DNA of 63,834 bases, counting the filler, from Globobulimina sp. (taxonomy: Eukaryota), in the NCBI GenBank assembly GCA_003354225.1. It is 36 parts of 36 records of this genome, joined end to end, with 100 filler letters (N's around TTAATTAATTAA, not from the genome) between each part and the next. Parts side by side here need not be neighbours in the genome. Positions count along the whole stretch, not along the records: positions 46,185 to 47,859 come from PIVH01013268.1; positions 47,960 to 49,634 come from PIVH01013269.1; positions 49,735 to 51,409 come from PIVH01013270.1; positions 51,510 to 53,184 come from PIVH01013271.1; positions 53,285 to 54,959 come from PIVH01013272.1; positions 55,060 to 56,734 come from PIVH01013273.1; positions 56,835 to 58,509 come from PIVH01013274.1; positions 58,610 to 60,284 come from PIVH01013275.1; 28 more parts are not named here. The stretch is one strand, 5' to 3'. Positions 47,490 through 60,431 of the stretch are shown in pieces. Positions within the stretch are counted from its first letter, which is position 1; the number at the start of each line of letters is the position of its first letter. The notes below the pieces were generated by a model. The model saw only the letters and a program-made list of their open reading frames with translations, was not told the DNA's origin and did not search any database. The translations under genes were made by a program, and so were the position numbers.

Positions 47490-47845
47490 TCGACAACAGT
47501 CAATATACTCGAAGTACATCCCAAGGCCACCGATGATATCAATATCTTCGACAATTGCGGCTCCAAAGGGAACTCTGCCATTCTTCTGCCTAATTTTGTC
47601 AACAACCCCTCGTCGTCCAAAGCGCCCAAATTATACAAATTATTAATGCCCATCGCTTTTAATGTCAATCCCGTCCAACATCTCATTCACAAACGCACTC
47701 TGTGTGTATAACCGGTAACATTAACCAAGGAATCCATGCGCATTTTGCTATTATACACTTGTTGTTTGACGAAACGGGGGTCAATCACATAATAAATGCA
47801 ATCGATGGTCAACGACGCCTCTTCGATATTGTTGGCAATCACATT
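47490..47845 (-). pseudogene. Internally deleted DEAH-box helicase (Prp22/DHX8-like) remnant
   Basis: [80 protein letters not shown]. Confidence 0.85.
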
Positions 47846-47959
47846 AACGACAGCCCACCNNNNNNNNNNNNNNNNNNNNNNNNNNNNNNNNNNNNNNNNN
47901 NNNTTAATTAATTAANNNNNNNNNNNNNNNNNNNNNNNNNNNNNNNNNNNNNNNNNNNN

Positions 47960-49634
47960 TAAAAGTAAATTTGGTACCGATTACAATTTATCACTCTTAG
48001 TGGAAATAATAGATCGTTTAAAGCAAAAAGATGCTAAAAAAGGCATCAAATCCCTGCCATTCCGCGCTCATTTCGAAGCACCGCAAGCATTGATCACTTA
48101 CTTACGTAACGGCGCAAATACCATCGATTTTCGCTTCGATAATGGTCGTTATATATTATGCAAAATCATTGACCGTGACTTGAAATATGAACACAAAATC
48201 TTACTCCACCCAGCATCACAACCATTGCACATCAACAAACATAACAAATATTGCTTCATATATCAGGATTACACCAAATTAGCCATCGAGAAATCTGTCA
48301 CTTTGCGTAAAAGCAATAAATCGCACAACTTAGCCACCGTAGCTATCGATGAATACATTGATATTAATCCTTCCTTCAAAGCAGGCCATGTCGGCTGGAA
48401 ACATGGTCAAATCATCAAACTCGACGCAAACTCGTCGCAAGTCAAAGTTTTATATTTTTTAAACAATGAGAATCATTCTATTTGGATCCATTTAGAAAAC
48501 ACGGCCGAAGCAGCACCCTTTAACAGCAAATACGACCCGTTACAGGACCATATACCGCAACTTTTTAATGAATATCGCGATGTCCATCCACTGAAACGCT
48601 TCACTTCCATTGATGTGATCGACAATAATTATTATCAGAACATGAAACCGCAGAAACAGCCCATTCAACAACAAGAGCAAGATTCTATCCATCAACTAAT
48701 AAATTTTGGATATGGCAGAAATCAAATCATCTCCGCCATGCAATTGGCAAAGGATAAAAGCGATATTAACGAAATTATTGAGTGCATTGAACAGCAAGAA
48801 CAGAAACGAAATCAAGGGAAACAACAACAAAATCAGCAACAGGTTTGGAAATGTTGGTGTTTTTCATATTCGTGTTAGTGAAAAGATTTTGAGTGAAAAC
48901 TATTTTTAAAGCATGACTTCCATGCACACCTTCCATGCTATAATGTCAGCTCACTAAATTTCATTCTTTTTTTCTTGTGTGATGTAAGCAACAAAAACAG
49001 TCGCAACCTGTCAGTAGCAGTCACCATGAGGTCCACATATCAGCCATGAATATGAATGGCATGAACGGTATGAATGAGCTCGAGATAGATTATAATATGA
49101 TCATCGATGACGATAAAGATGATGATGTCCCCATGAATGTGATGCAAGGCTTGCAAGTCGGTGTGAACAGACCGCAAGATTTTGATAAGCAATTAAGTTC
49201 CATGGCCTTCGGCATTGATCTGATGATGGATGACATCATCGATCAAATGGAGATGGGCGACGACGGCCAAAACTCAGACGAAGACGGCATTGACGACGTG
49301 CATTCTACGCCCATGGGACCGACCTCTATGGGGCCAAAACCCAACAATAAAAACATGGTTTTGGCGGAAGGCGGCCAGGGCGCTGTCAACGGCGAAGGCT
49401 ATCATGGCAACAATCCGTTGATGGAAGGCATTGATGGCAAGAATGCGAAACCAGTGCCATTGCAAATACTCCCTATGGACATGAAACAAAATAACTATCA
49501 AAAAGCGAAAAGGTACAAAAACGCGAAAAGCCCGAAAAGTCCGATATTAAAATGGAAGAAATTTGTTCAAAAAAATAAAAATAAAAACGACAAAAATAAA
49601 AATAGAGTGTTTGGGATCGATCCAAGAAACTTAA
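47960..49634 (+). CDS. Uncharacterised eukaryotic protein fragment with UBA-like domain and acidic low-complexity region; probable intron about 48843-49020
   Basis: IHQLINFGYGRNQIISAM UBA-like; cag|gtttgg donor; second co-oriented ORF. Confidence 0.55.
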
Positions 49635-49734
49635 NNNNNNNNNNNNNNNNNNNNNNNNNNNNNNNNNNNNNNNNNNNNTTAATTAATTAANNNNNNNNNN
49701 NNNNNNNNNNNNNNNNNNNNNNNNNNNNNNNNNN

Positions 49735-50012
49735 ACACTACCATAATAACAACCATAATAACCACCAGTAACAATATTTTGTATTTTTTTTTCAAATGTT
49801 TTTATTTTTGTGATTTTTTTAATATCTTCATTTCCTCCGTTTCCTTGTTGCCCCGATTTGTTGTTACCGATAGAATATAGCAGCAATAAAATATAATAAT
49901 GGAATGCGTGAATGATGCTAATAATATCTGTATGGATGTAGTGAGTGCTACAGTTTCTAACGTATCCACTTACTAATAATTGTGATCGTCTTTTACTGAC
50001 AGCATTGTTCAT
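49735..50012 (-). CDS. N-terminus of an RCC1-repeat-like protein
   Basis: LYSIGNNKSGQQGNG...KIQNIVTGGYY. Confidence 0.6.
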
Positions 50013-50072
50013 CTGGTTTAATATTTGCTAATGAAAACATTTTAGTCTCTCACACAAAAAGCTCACTTGGCA

Positions 50073-51134
50073 ATGGCGTCAGTTGAAACTAAAGAGGACA
50101 ATTTTTCATTGACTGTGCACTATGCGGGAGAAAAGGATGCAAATGGAAAGTATTTGTATGGCAACATTGGAGACTTTAAGCTGTGCTACAAGCACATAAA
50201 AAATAAATATATTTTATTTAAAAAACAATTATGTATCGACTCAGACAACGATAGAATGATGTGGAATATTGCAAAATATAGCAAATTAAGTAAGGAATCC
50301 TTGACCATATTATATTATTGTCCCCTCAGAGACGGTGACCCAACTCATTGTGTACCAAAAACACCGTGGAAATGTTATGACGACAAAGATGATGGAATTC
50401 CATTTGTTTTAACATCCATAAAGAGCGCAGATTATCTGTATTATTCAGATGCACTCGATACAAACACAAAGGGCAATATCTTTGACATAAATGTGCGTAA
50501 AGCGCTATTGATTGATATTTATAAATTTTCAACCTATCATTCGTGGTATAAACATCTCCCGTTACGCGGCAATGAATATATATTAATTCCAAAAATGTAT
50601 GGTCAGATCAGAGGATACAGCGCCAATAATCGCAAAATAAATCAAATTCGATGGCATTGTGTGTCGCGAATGTATGCAAAGGATCTACCAAAAACGAATA
50701 CGTTTATCGCAGAAATTTGTAGAAAATATGCAATGAAATTTAACTGTTGTTTTGGTGCCGGGAATATTCATATTGCTAAAAGAAGAAATTCTGACTTTGG
50801 CACTTATATGAAAAATAAATATAGCTTATTTTTTAAGTATTATGAGGAAAAGGAAAATATGAATGAATGGGATATAATGAATCGGGTATTTAAGGAGGAA
50901 AATGAAATGCAAATTGAAAATGCTGTTCAATGTGGTTATAAAATATATGATGAAATTGTCGGTTTGTTTAGAAAATGGATTAAAGTGATTGCAACAAAAT
51001 GGATCAAAAAGAATTATAAGAAATATACAAAAATACCAAACGATATTTTGTTTGTTATTGTCATGTATTCGGATCTTACATTTCCGCATGTATTTGAGAA
51101 GAAAGATTTTAACAGACTGTATATCAATAGTTGA
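50073..51134 (+). CDS. Hypothetical protein
   Basis: 353-aa ATG-to-stop ORF; F-box-like KIPNDILFVIVMY near C-terminus. Confidence 0.65.
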   Translation: MASVETKEDNFSLTVHYAGEKDANGKYLYGNIGDFKLCYKHIKNKYILFKKQLCIDSDNDRMMWNIAKYSKLSKESLTILYYCPLRDGDPTHCVPKTPWKCYDDKDDGIPFVLTSIKSADYLYYSDALDTNTKGNIFDINVRKALLIDIYKFSTYHSWYKHLPLRGNEYILIPKMYGQIRGYSANNRKINQIRWHCVSRMYAKDLPKTNTFIAEICRKYAMKFNCCFGAGNIHIAKRRNSDFGTYMKNKYSLFFKYYEEKENMNEWDIMNRVFKEENEMQIENAVQCGYKIYDEIVGLFRKWIKVIATKWIKKNYKKYTKIPNDILFVIVMYSDLTFPHVFEKKDFNRLYINS

Positions 51135-53284
51135 TAGTGTGGCAATTACAAAATTAGTGATTTCTTAATTGCTGTTTTCTGATTTTGTTTTTTGTTTTGT
51201 TGTTGGACTGATTTTACGGCATTGATCATTCTCAAAATAAATTGTGGCTTAATTTCAAAATAAATTATGAACTCGGATAATAAATAAGTTATAATCTGGA
51301 AAGGTTTCCACAGAGAAAAAAAATAATATTTGTTAGAAAAGTACAAACGTATAAAAACAACTTACAATATCAATCAAAAACACACATAAAGAAATACAAC
51401 ATTTAATACNNNNNNNNNNNNNNNNNNNNNNNNNNNNNNNNNNNNNNNNNNNNTTAATTAATTAANNNNNNNNNNNNNNNNNNNNNNNNNNNNNNNNNNN
51501 NNNNNNNNNTTTGATTTTCATCATATTGATATACCATTCCATTCAAAGGACCATCATTAAAAATACCAATAGTTAATCGTTGAAAATCTGTGATTGGTAT
51601 AACACGATTACGACGGGCTGTAAAAGGAATCTTTGTATTTTTTGTTGCCTCAGCTATTAAACAGCCAAAATTCAATTCGGAGTTTTATTTGTTTACAAAT
51701 AAAACGCAGTGTTATGATTCTGAAGAAATAAAAAGTGTTTTAATTTTACTTGTTTTATTTATCTTCAGTTCACTTAAACTTATTTCTTCTCTTCTAATCC
51801 TTGCATTTACTTTTTTTGACAAACTTATTTCTAATTTTTGACAAACTGTCACATCGCAAATTAGCAACGATCCTCAGCTCCAGCAAACGATTGATTTTTA
51901 TTCTAAGAACCATCTGAATGTACGGTATATTACCTTTAGATGTATTCAGCACATTCCCCAGCTTAAACCATTGAAAAATCCAACTGCGGCACCTATTAAA
52001 TATTATAAAGAGGATTATGAAGAGATATTAAATTATATTCACAAGTCATTGCTTCTTTTTCCGTATTAGAAAAATCTGCAAATAATCCATTATCCATATT
52101 ATGCAAATAATTTACGTGTCTTTGATCTTGATTGAATATTATATCCACATCGCTTTGTTTATCATTTCAACCCCGTCCATACTGCCATGCATCAAATAAT
52201 GACGCACCAACAACAAAATCAAGAACAACTGAACAATAGTTACATATTTCACAACAGGACCGCAACAAATACAGCTTTGTACCCGCCATACATGTCATAT
52301 CCAACAAACACTGACATCATAACAATAGTACATCTACAAATATACCCTTTCTGTTGAAATATACATACTAATATACAACAGCAAATATAGAGAAACAGAA
52401 ACAAAATAAACACAAACTAAAATTAACAGATTGTATATTAATTTGAATCGTTCAATCATTATTTATTGGAAATATTTGTCATTTTGTTTGAAAAACCGGA
52501 TGATTTTGATACTAATTTGAGATTGTTCATATTTCGATACACGCAAATTGTTCAATGTTTGTATCCCATTCTTTTATGTTAGTCAATGTATATACAAAAA
52601 ACAGCAAACCCAACAATATTAACCAAAAAAACAGCGAACTCCACGATTATTCCATTAATTTTGACATATTTATAGTCCGATGGTTTCAGAAACGATTTCT
52701 GTTAAATATTCGATACAATTAACACAAATATTCGATACAAATACCAAACTCTCTCAAAGCAAACCTTAAAAACAATACTGATGAACAGTCGAATACGAAT
52801 CACAACATAATATTTGATTTGATTAAAATTTTGGATTTACAAATATTCAATCACATTAACACAAAAATTGCAAACGATAATATTCAACGAATACATGAAT
52901 GCATTACAGTTCGCAATTTAGATTTTTATTTATTTTTTTGTTGTATGACATTTTGAAAATAATAAAAATATCACACAGTAAATCCAACATACAATCAAGC
53001 ACCAAATCCAACAATGATAATCTTTAATATTTGATGAGAAGAAAGCAGATTTATCTTCACCTGAATGCTTATTCATTAATCCATCGATCTTGGAATTAAA
53101 TACAATGTTATTTGAGTTTTTCATTTATACGCCGCCACCAAACAATATTATTAATTGAATATAAAGAGAGTCAAATGAATTTGANNNNNNNNNNNNNNNN
53201 NNNNNNNNNNNNNNNNNNNNNNNNNNNNTTAATTAATTAANNNNNNNNNNNNNNNNNNNNNNNNNNNNNNNNNNNNNNNNNNNN

Positions 53285-53430
53285 TTACTTCCAATATCTA
53301 TATCTCCCGCACATTCAGACGCATTGCAACAATAAGAATCATCGGCGCAACCATAAGCATATCCAATAAAAGCAGATAAGAAAAAAAGAGAGATCGTGGT
53401 TTGGTTTCCTTTGGAACCTTTATTTTTCAT
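53285..53430 (-). CDS. N-terminus of a secreted Cys-rich protein
   Basis: Signal-like ISLFFLSAFIGYAYG then CADDSYCCNASEC. Confidence 0.5.
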
Positions 53431-53520
53431 TTTTTTTATAACAATATATCGCACGAATGGTAGCTAGCCAGTCACTTTAATGAGCACAATATAGTTTTTT
53501 GTTTTTTTTTCATTTTTATC

Positions 53521-54959
53521 ATGGAACCTGAAAAAGTTTCGCAATGGACGTTGTTATCAATTATATGGTGTTTGATCCTCCCATATGTGATGTACACGTT
53601 ATACATTTACGTAACACAGAAACGGATGAAAGTGTATTTTGAGAAACGAAAACGTTTTCTGATTGACCTCGTTTTAGCTCTCGTATTAAGTGGCATATTC
53701 ATCGAGAATCAATTATTGATATTCCTCTCCATTTATTCTCGCGTTGACAATGTGTTTGGTGAATTCCTGCATTTTTTCAATATGTCCTCCATGATTGGCA
53801 TATATATGATCATCATGGAAAGAATCTATTTGTTATATTTCCAATACCAATACAACGAAGCCACGATATCTGCGAAATGGATGGAATATGTCAATGAAAA
53901 GCATGAAGATTTTTTCTTGTCCAATATCCATACTTACGGCGACGACAAGTTCTTATTCCGACTCACTGCCATTATCTGGCTCATCTTTTCTGCCATTTAT
54001 ATCATTTTAGATTTCCTCATTCCATCAACATCCTATTCCTCGTGGTTCATATTGATAATATTCTTTTTTTTGTTCATTTTCGCCGTTTATATTTGGCGCA
54101 AATTCCCTCATTTTCACGACACATTATATATTCGCAAAGAATTGCAATATTTCTTATCGCTCAATTTCTTGATGTTATTCATATGGAGTTTTGTAATGCA
54201 TTCAATGTACGTTTTTGTCTGAAACTCAATATTTTAATATTTTAAACAACACAAAGGCACCGCGATATTGTTGGCAATCCGCAGTCGCGCCGCAAATGAC
54301 ATAATTCGCGAATATCTGCAAGTTTTAATGTATTGCGTTATTTTTGAAATATCCATAAATCGAGTTATCAAATGGAACGAAGTGAAAATAAGCAGCAATG
54401 ACGAAAATGACGTCTTTTTCAAGCAAATGAATGATAAATCTTTCGGCTTCAAACAAGTCATTCAAACTAATAACGGCTACGCACAGTTTATGCAATTTTT
54501 AGTCACCGAGTTTAGTATAAATTCAATTGCAATTAAATATAATATTTGTTATTTAAATTGTTTTCATTAATTTTCGTAGATTCGCCACCGAGAATTTGTT
54601 GTTTGTGACGGAATACGTTCAGTTAAAAAGTATTTTGTCGTTAAGCGACCGCGAGATGAGATCGTTAAAATTGACGTATAATTTGGCATTGCCGCCAGAT
54701 TTGCCAATTCCTAAAATTATACAGGATTTGAACTTGGATTTGGAGCAAATTAAAGCAAACCAGAAATACAGAAAAGAGAAGCAATTGAAGCGAGAAAAGG
54801 AAACTTTAAAACGAGAGTGCGAGAATAAGAAGAAATTGATGCAAGAAATATTAAATGCGAAAAATAAACATATTACGGACGAAGCCAAGCAGACTGAAAT
54901 TGAAATGTATACAGTGGCACTAACGAGTTCTGCGTCGATATCACCTTTACGAGGTATGC
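53521..54959 (+). CDS. 7TM-RGS protein (multi-pass membrane domain + RGS domain); introns about 54188-54256 and 54510-54579; 3' partial
   Basis: About 7 hydrophobic helices; DTLYIRKEL; spliced FKQVIQTNNGYAQFMQFLVTEFATENLLFVTEY matches RGS helices 3-4. Confidence 0.8.
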
Positions 54960-55059
54960 NNNNNNNNNNNNNNNNNNNNNNNNNNNNNNNNNNNNNNNNN
55001 NNNTTAATTAATTAANNNNNNNNNNNNNNNNNNNNNNNNNNNNNNNNNNNNNNNNNNNN

Positions 55060-56444
55060 CAATTGTTCCACTGATCATATTTTCATCTTTTACACATTTC
55101 TCCTGTGCCGTGCCTCTTTTTCTCTTAATGACAACAATAAGAATTACCAGTATACAAATTGTAACAACAACAGCTCCAATCATTATCAATGTAAATGGAT
55201 TACTCAGTACACTCAATAAATTGAATTTATTTATTCCTCCATCTTCAGATCTACTCTCTGTATTTATATACATTTGAGAGGTTGAGATCTGCACAGCGGC
55301 TTCATACAATTTTATTTCTACATTATCTCCAAATTGCACTGTATATTATATTATACGTACATATAATACAGATATTAGCATGTAATATGATGCATGTACA
55401 GTACCTGTTAATTGATTCTCTGTCACCGCGATTAATCTTTCTTCATTAATTTCAACATCGCCACTGTATATTATCACTATTAGTATCACTAACAACAAAC
55501 AACTTTATTTCATGTTGATCAGTTAAATTAGAAAGAAAATTGTTAGTTGAGTTAGTCACTACATTTATTATACTTTGCGAATTCACATCATTTTCATCTA
55601 TATCGATTTCTATAGTAACATGGACTGAATTGCCATTGTCATTGTCATGCGCTGATGGTGGCTCAGTAGGAAACACAGTTGTATTAATAGACCCATTTGT
55701 GGGTAATATGGCCGTCGGATTTGTAGTTGGCTTATTTGAAGGATTCGCAGTTTGATATTTTGTGGGATTATGGGAAGGGTTAATGGTAGGATTCTGTGAT
55801 GGAATGATGGTGGGATATTTGGTGGGATTATTTGAAGGGTTATAAGTCGGACTACCTGTCGTGTTTAGTATTGGAGTCCCCCAAATTTGAATATTATCCC
55901 AATAACAATGGTCTTTAATTTTGTCAGTGCCGTCAGTTTGAGATAATTGAATTTCAAATGATGTTTGATCTTCAGCTGAATTAGAACTTATAGCAACATC
56001 AAAATGTCGAAGATAAACCTCCTGAAATTCAGTAGAAAATGCGATTGAAAATGAAGGAGAAGCGCTGCTTTTCCATAGAACCTGGCAATTACCATTCATC
56101 AGCACAATATAAGTCTTAATATTCAATCAACAATCAAGTTGTCAATATGTGTATGCGATATTAATATAATTAATATAGTGTACTAAACCAAAGTAAATTT
56201 GAATCGACTGATAATTGGTGGTTGTTACCATTTGCGTTGCGGTACTTCTGTCTAATAAGTCACAACATGAGGAAGGTAAGGACGGGCAGTTTGTTTGGTT
56301 GACTATATCCATGCGTTTACCAGATATTGTCCATCCATCTAATGAGCTACAATTGAAACTGTATAATAGTTGTTGTGCGTTGGCAGTATAATGAAGAATC
56401 ACCACATTGCTGAGAATTAGAAAAATCATTCTACAGATTGACAA
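55060..56444 (-). CDS. Type I surface protein with PT/PS mucin-like repeats, intron-split, 3' partial
   Basis: Signal peptide; PTYNPSNNPTKYPTIIPSQNPT repeats; TM LIMIGAVVVTICILVILIVVI-KRKR. Confidence 0.7.
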
Positions 56445-57267
56445 AGTTTTTGACTAGGTTTCATAAATTAATGATTTAATTCTGGCTGTGAAAACTGAAA
56501 AAGTGAACTATGAATCATAGTCTATGATATAATTATACATGTTGAAGAATAATTATGCTGTCAATCCAATGCAAGGCTGCAGCATTTTTATAAAAAGATT
56601 TACTGACGTATTCTAACCATTATCTGATCGTTTTCTGAAATCAGAAAAGATTTCTGACGAAAGTGTTTTTATTACTATTTTCTAACGTTTTATGATCATT
56701 TTCTGACGGTTTTATTAGTATTTGTTAATATCAGNNNNNNNNNNNNNNNNNNNNNNNNNNNNNNNNNNNNNNNNNNNNTTAATTAATTAANNNNNNNNNN
56801 NNNNNNNNNNNNNNNNNNNNNNNNNNNNNNNNNNAACCAGTTAGTCCAACGAAACAGATAGTTTTCGCCAAAAATCGTTAAAGTTAGCCTAATGTTGACC
56901 ATTAAAATGGCGTTAACTCAAACTCAATACCTCTTCGCCAAAGTTGACTTTAATCCCGAGCAGGTGAGCCAGTAAGTGTTGTCTGTGCAAAGTATCAGCT
57001 CTGAAAAATGTTTTGTCTTGGAGTTATTAAGCACTGAAGAAAAAAAAACCTCGTGATATATATTATAGTATAAGTATGCACTTTTTTGTTGCGATGGTGT
57101 CATTGTCGATTTGGAGGCTTCTACAAATTGGATTGTTGCGAGTCTTGCGACAAATGAATGATTAAAATATTGATGTTTTTTTAGTTCCAAAACTTTTTTT
57201 AAGCGATCATCTTCCTTTCTACACACATTACAATACCCACCTTACAATACCCACATTAATTACAGCA

Positions 57268-58302
57268 ATGGAATGTGAATATATAGGCACTGTATGGTTC
57301 ACAACATTATGCATTATTTGCGGCCTTTCATTGATAATTTCCACCATAATTTTATTTAAATTTTTAAAATTCGACAAATCACACACATCACTCCATTATA
57401 CCGCCCTAATTTTCTTCATCTTATCATGTTTAAATCCAATTGCAAAATTAATGGAATCACCATACCCCATCGCTATTCATTGTGATCACGACGACACCTC
57501 CCTATTATTCGTTGTTGCAGCTAAAATCAGTTCCATTTTGTATGCAGCACAAGTGGCGGTATTATTATTATTTTTTTTCTTGCGATTACGTCACATTTTT
57601 GCTGGTACAGCGTTTGAATTATCAAAGCGTACAATTATACCATACCGCATATTATTTGTAACAATGTTATTTTCGATGATATTCGCGCAAATATTTGATG
57701 CCTTACAAGTTGGCTCATTAACCACTATTTGTTATGGATTGGTGTTTTTATGCTATCTCTGTATCATCATTTCATTGCTTTCATTATTTATTTATAAATT
57801 AGTTAAAGTGTATAAATACCAATTCAACGGCGATGAAGATTTGGTGGCGATCATCACCAAAGCGACTTTATTGAATTTCACTGCCATTTTTATCACATTT
57901 ATGCAAGGCGTCACAGTGAGTATGCATACAATGTCTGGTACGATTACCACCGAATATATGATTTCCATTGGTGGCCAATTAGATATTTTATCAAATTGTA
58001 TATGTATCGCTTTATCGTATTCGTATTTTGAACCATTATATAAACGCATTTGTAATTGTGTAGATTTGCAGTGTAGGAAATGTTGCCGACGGTGTGTTGG
58101 CACAGTCAATGTGGCAGAAAATATAAAAAATATTAAAATTTCTGTCCAATCCACGACAATGGCGAGTGCAACAATGCAATCTGTCGAATTTGAGGTGAGT
58201 GCCAATAGTAATTCGCCGGCAGTTGCAAGCCCAACAGGATCGGCAGTTGGAAGCCCAATGTCTTCCACGAACGATGGCACCGTTACGATGGTGATTAATT
58301 AA
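57268..58302 (+). CDS. Seven-transmembrane GPCR-like protein
   Basis: Seven hydrophobic helices; FFLRLRHIF after TM3; Cys-rich then S/T-rich tail. Confidence 0.78.
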   Translation: MECEYIGTVWFTTLCIICGLSLIISTIILFKFLKFDKSHTSLHYTALIFFILSCLNPIAKLMESPYPIAIHCDHDDTSLLFVVAAKISSILYAAQVAVLLLFFFLRLRHIFAGTAFELSKRTIIPYRILFVTMLFSMIFAQIFDALQVGSLTTICYGLVFLCYLCIIISLLSLFIYKLVKVYKYQFNGDEDLVAIITKATLLNFTAIFITFMQGVTVSMHTMSGTITTEYMISIGGQLDILSNCICIALSYSYFEPLYKRICNCVDLQCRKCCRRCVGTVNVAENIKNIKISVQSTTMASATMQSVEFEVSANSNSPAVASPTGSAVGSPMSSTNDGTVTMVIN

Positions 58303-58609
58303 AATTTTCTTGAAATTTGTCTGTTAAATATGTACACAGATGTTTTGTATAAATTGGATTCAGATTACAAATTAGTTTGCAATCTGTACTTTTATATAAC
58401 ATCTGTATATATAGATTATCTATTTTGTTGTTTTTATTTTATATATTTTATTTATTTGTTTGTTTCTATTTTATATCTATTTTATATATTTTATATAATA
58501 ATTTATCATNNNNNNNNNNNNNNNNNNNNNNNNNNNNNNNNNNNNNNNNNNNNTTAATTAATTAANNNNNNNNNNNNNNNNNNNNNNNNNNNNNNNNNNN
58601 NNNNNNNNN

Positions 58610-60284
58610 TGTGTTAAAATAAATATGTTTAATATTGTCATCTGATCTCATCACGGTGCAAGGACCAAAAACAGCAATACCATTAACAAAATCTGTTGAT
58701 GTGCCAGTATTGGCAAAATTAAATGAATTCTATGGAGTGCAAAATGTAGAAAATAGTTTTGCAGATATAATTAATCGAAATGATGGAACAGAAATATCCA
58801 ATCAAGCAAAAGAGTTTTGTTGCTCTCCCAATATCGTACCGACAATGAATGGAAACCGTTTCAGTGAAAATTGGGAATATCCGTATTTGAAAATATTTAT
58901 TGAAGGAAGTTTTATAATAAAAGTATCAAACACAGATATTTTGAATACGAGAGCTTTTAATAGGTCGTGGGGTGAAACAAATGCCATTGAAATAAAGAGA
59001 AAAATAATTACAACTCGAGTACCGGTATCTGGTCCAACAGAGCCATTATCTCAGGTTTATGGAGAAACCATTCGATGTCCGATGGATGCCCAAATTGGCG
59101 GAGATCTGACTGACAAAGATTGTGTTGAATGGAATATTGATGAGAATGGTAAAAAGGTGACATATATTTCAGAATATCCATTTCCTTTAACCAAGCAAAG
59201 AAACACTTATTTTCATGAAGATACAGAAACAATGTATGTATAAAATTGTATTTAATTATATATCGAAATAATTATCAAAATCTGCTTTGCTATGTACAGA
59301 GTTTTAAGAAATGCACAAATGTCAACAATTGCAGTTGGTTTATTTGATAATTTAGAAAATTTAAAATTTATTGATTTATCACATAATATATTTAGTGATA
59401 TACCATCATTAGGATTAGGTTCGGCATTTATTAGTGAATTGGATATCAGTTATAATAAATTACAAACTTTAAATATTTACACCTTTCGAGATATGATCAA
59501 ATTAAAAGTATTAAAAGCAAATAATAATAAAATAGAATATTTAGAACCACAAATCTTTGAAATGATGTTGTTGCAGCAATTATATTTAAATAATAACTCA
59601 TTATCAGTATTACCCAAAGGTTTATTTACAACTATTCCGACATCAATGCTATTTCTACAAATATTAGATTTAAGATATAATAATTTACAAATCTTATCAG
59701 ATATTAATTTCTTTAGATACTCAGCCAATTTAAAAGAATTATTATTGGATCATAATCCGATCAAAGATATCTCGCCCTTTTTAACTAAATTATCTCCATC
59801 GGAGTTATTGATAAAAGATAACAAGGAACCAATCAAAGTCGAGCCACAATCCAAAATAAAGAAATTTACTGTTGACTTTTCTTTAGCAACCTCCATTACA
59901 AACAATTTATTTCTAAATATGATATCTTTGCAATATTTAGACATCACCGTATCAGTCACCGTCGCATCACAATTAACAAAAGATTTATTTGTTCCAATTG
60001 GCGCTACATTGCAAGAACTTCATTTATGGACAAAAGACGCATTTCGAATTCCTAACAATTTCTTGCATTCTTGTCAAGCATTACACAAAATTGTATGGAC
60101 AAACTCTGGTTTATTATCCATAAAAAATAGATTTATCGGATTACAAAACCTTAAACATTTAGATTTATCGGCAAATATTATATTTACTTTACCATTGGCT
60201 GTATTTGATGATTTAAAGAATTTGCAATATTTAGATTTGAGTGAAAATAATATCCAATATATCAATCCCAACACTTTCAGCCAT
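58610..60284 (+). CDS. Leucine-rich repeat protein (extracellular-type LRRs), intron about 59234-59299, partial
   Basis: Repeated LxxLxLxxNxL units, e.g. LKFIDLSHN, LQQLYLNNNSL, LQYLDLSENNI. Confidence 0.88.
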
Positions 60285-60431
60285 NNNNNNNNNNNNNNNN
60301 NNNNNNNNNNNNNNNNNNNNNNNNNNNNTTAATTAATTAANNNNNNNNNNNNNNNNNNNNNNNNNNNNNNNNNNNNNNNNNNNNACTCGAACACAACGCC
60401 TACAACACAGCCAATCAAAAAATTAAATTAA

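Noticed and set aside
51510-53184. Short ORFs in contig 30
   Set aside because: Fragmentary, stop-interrupted and unrecognisable
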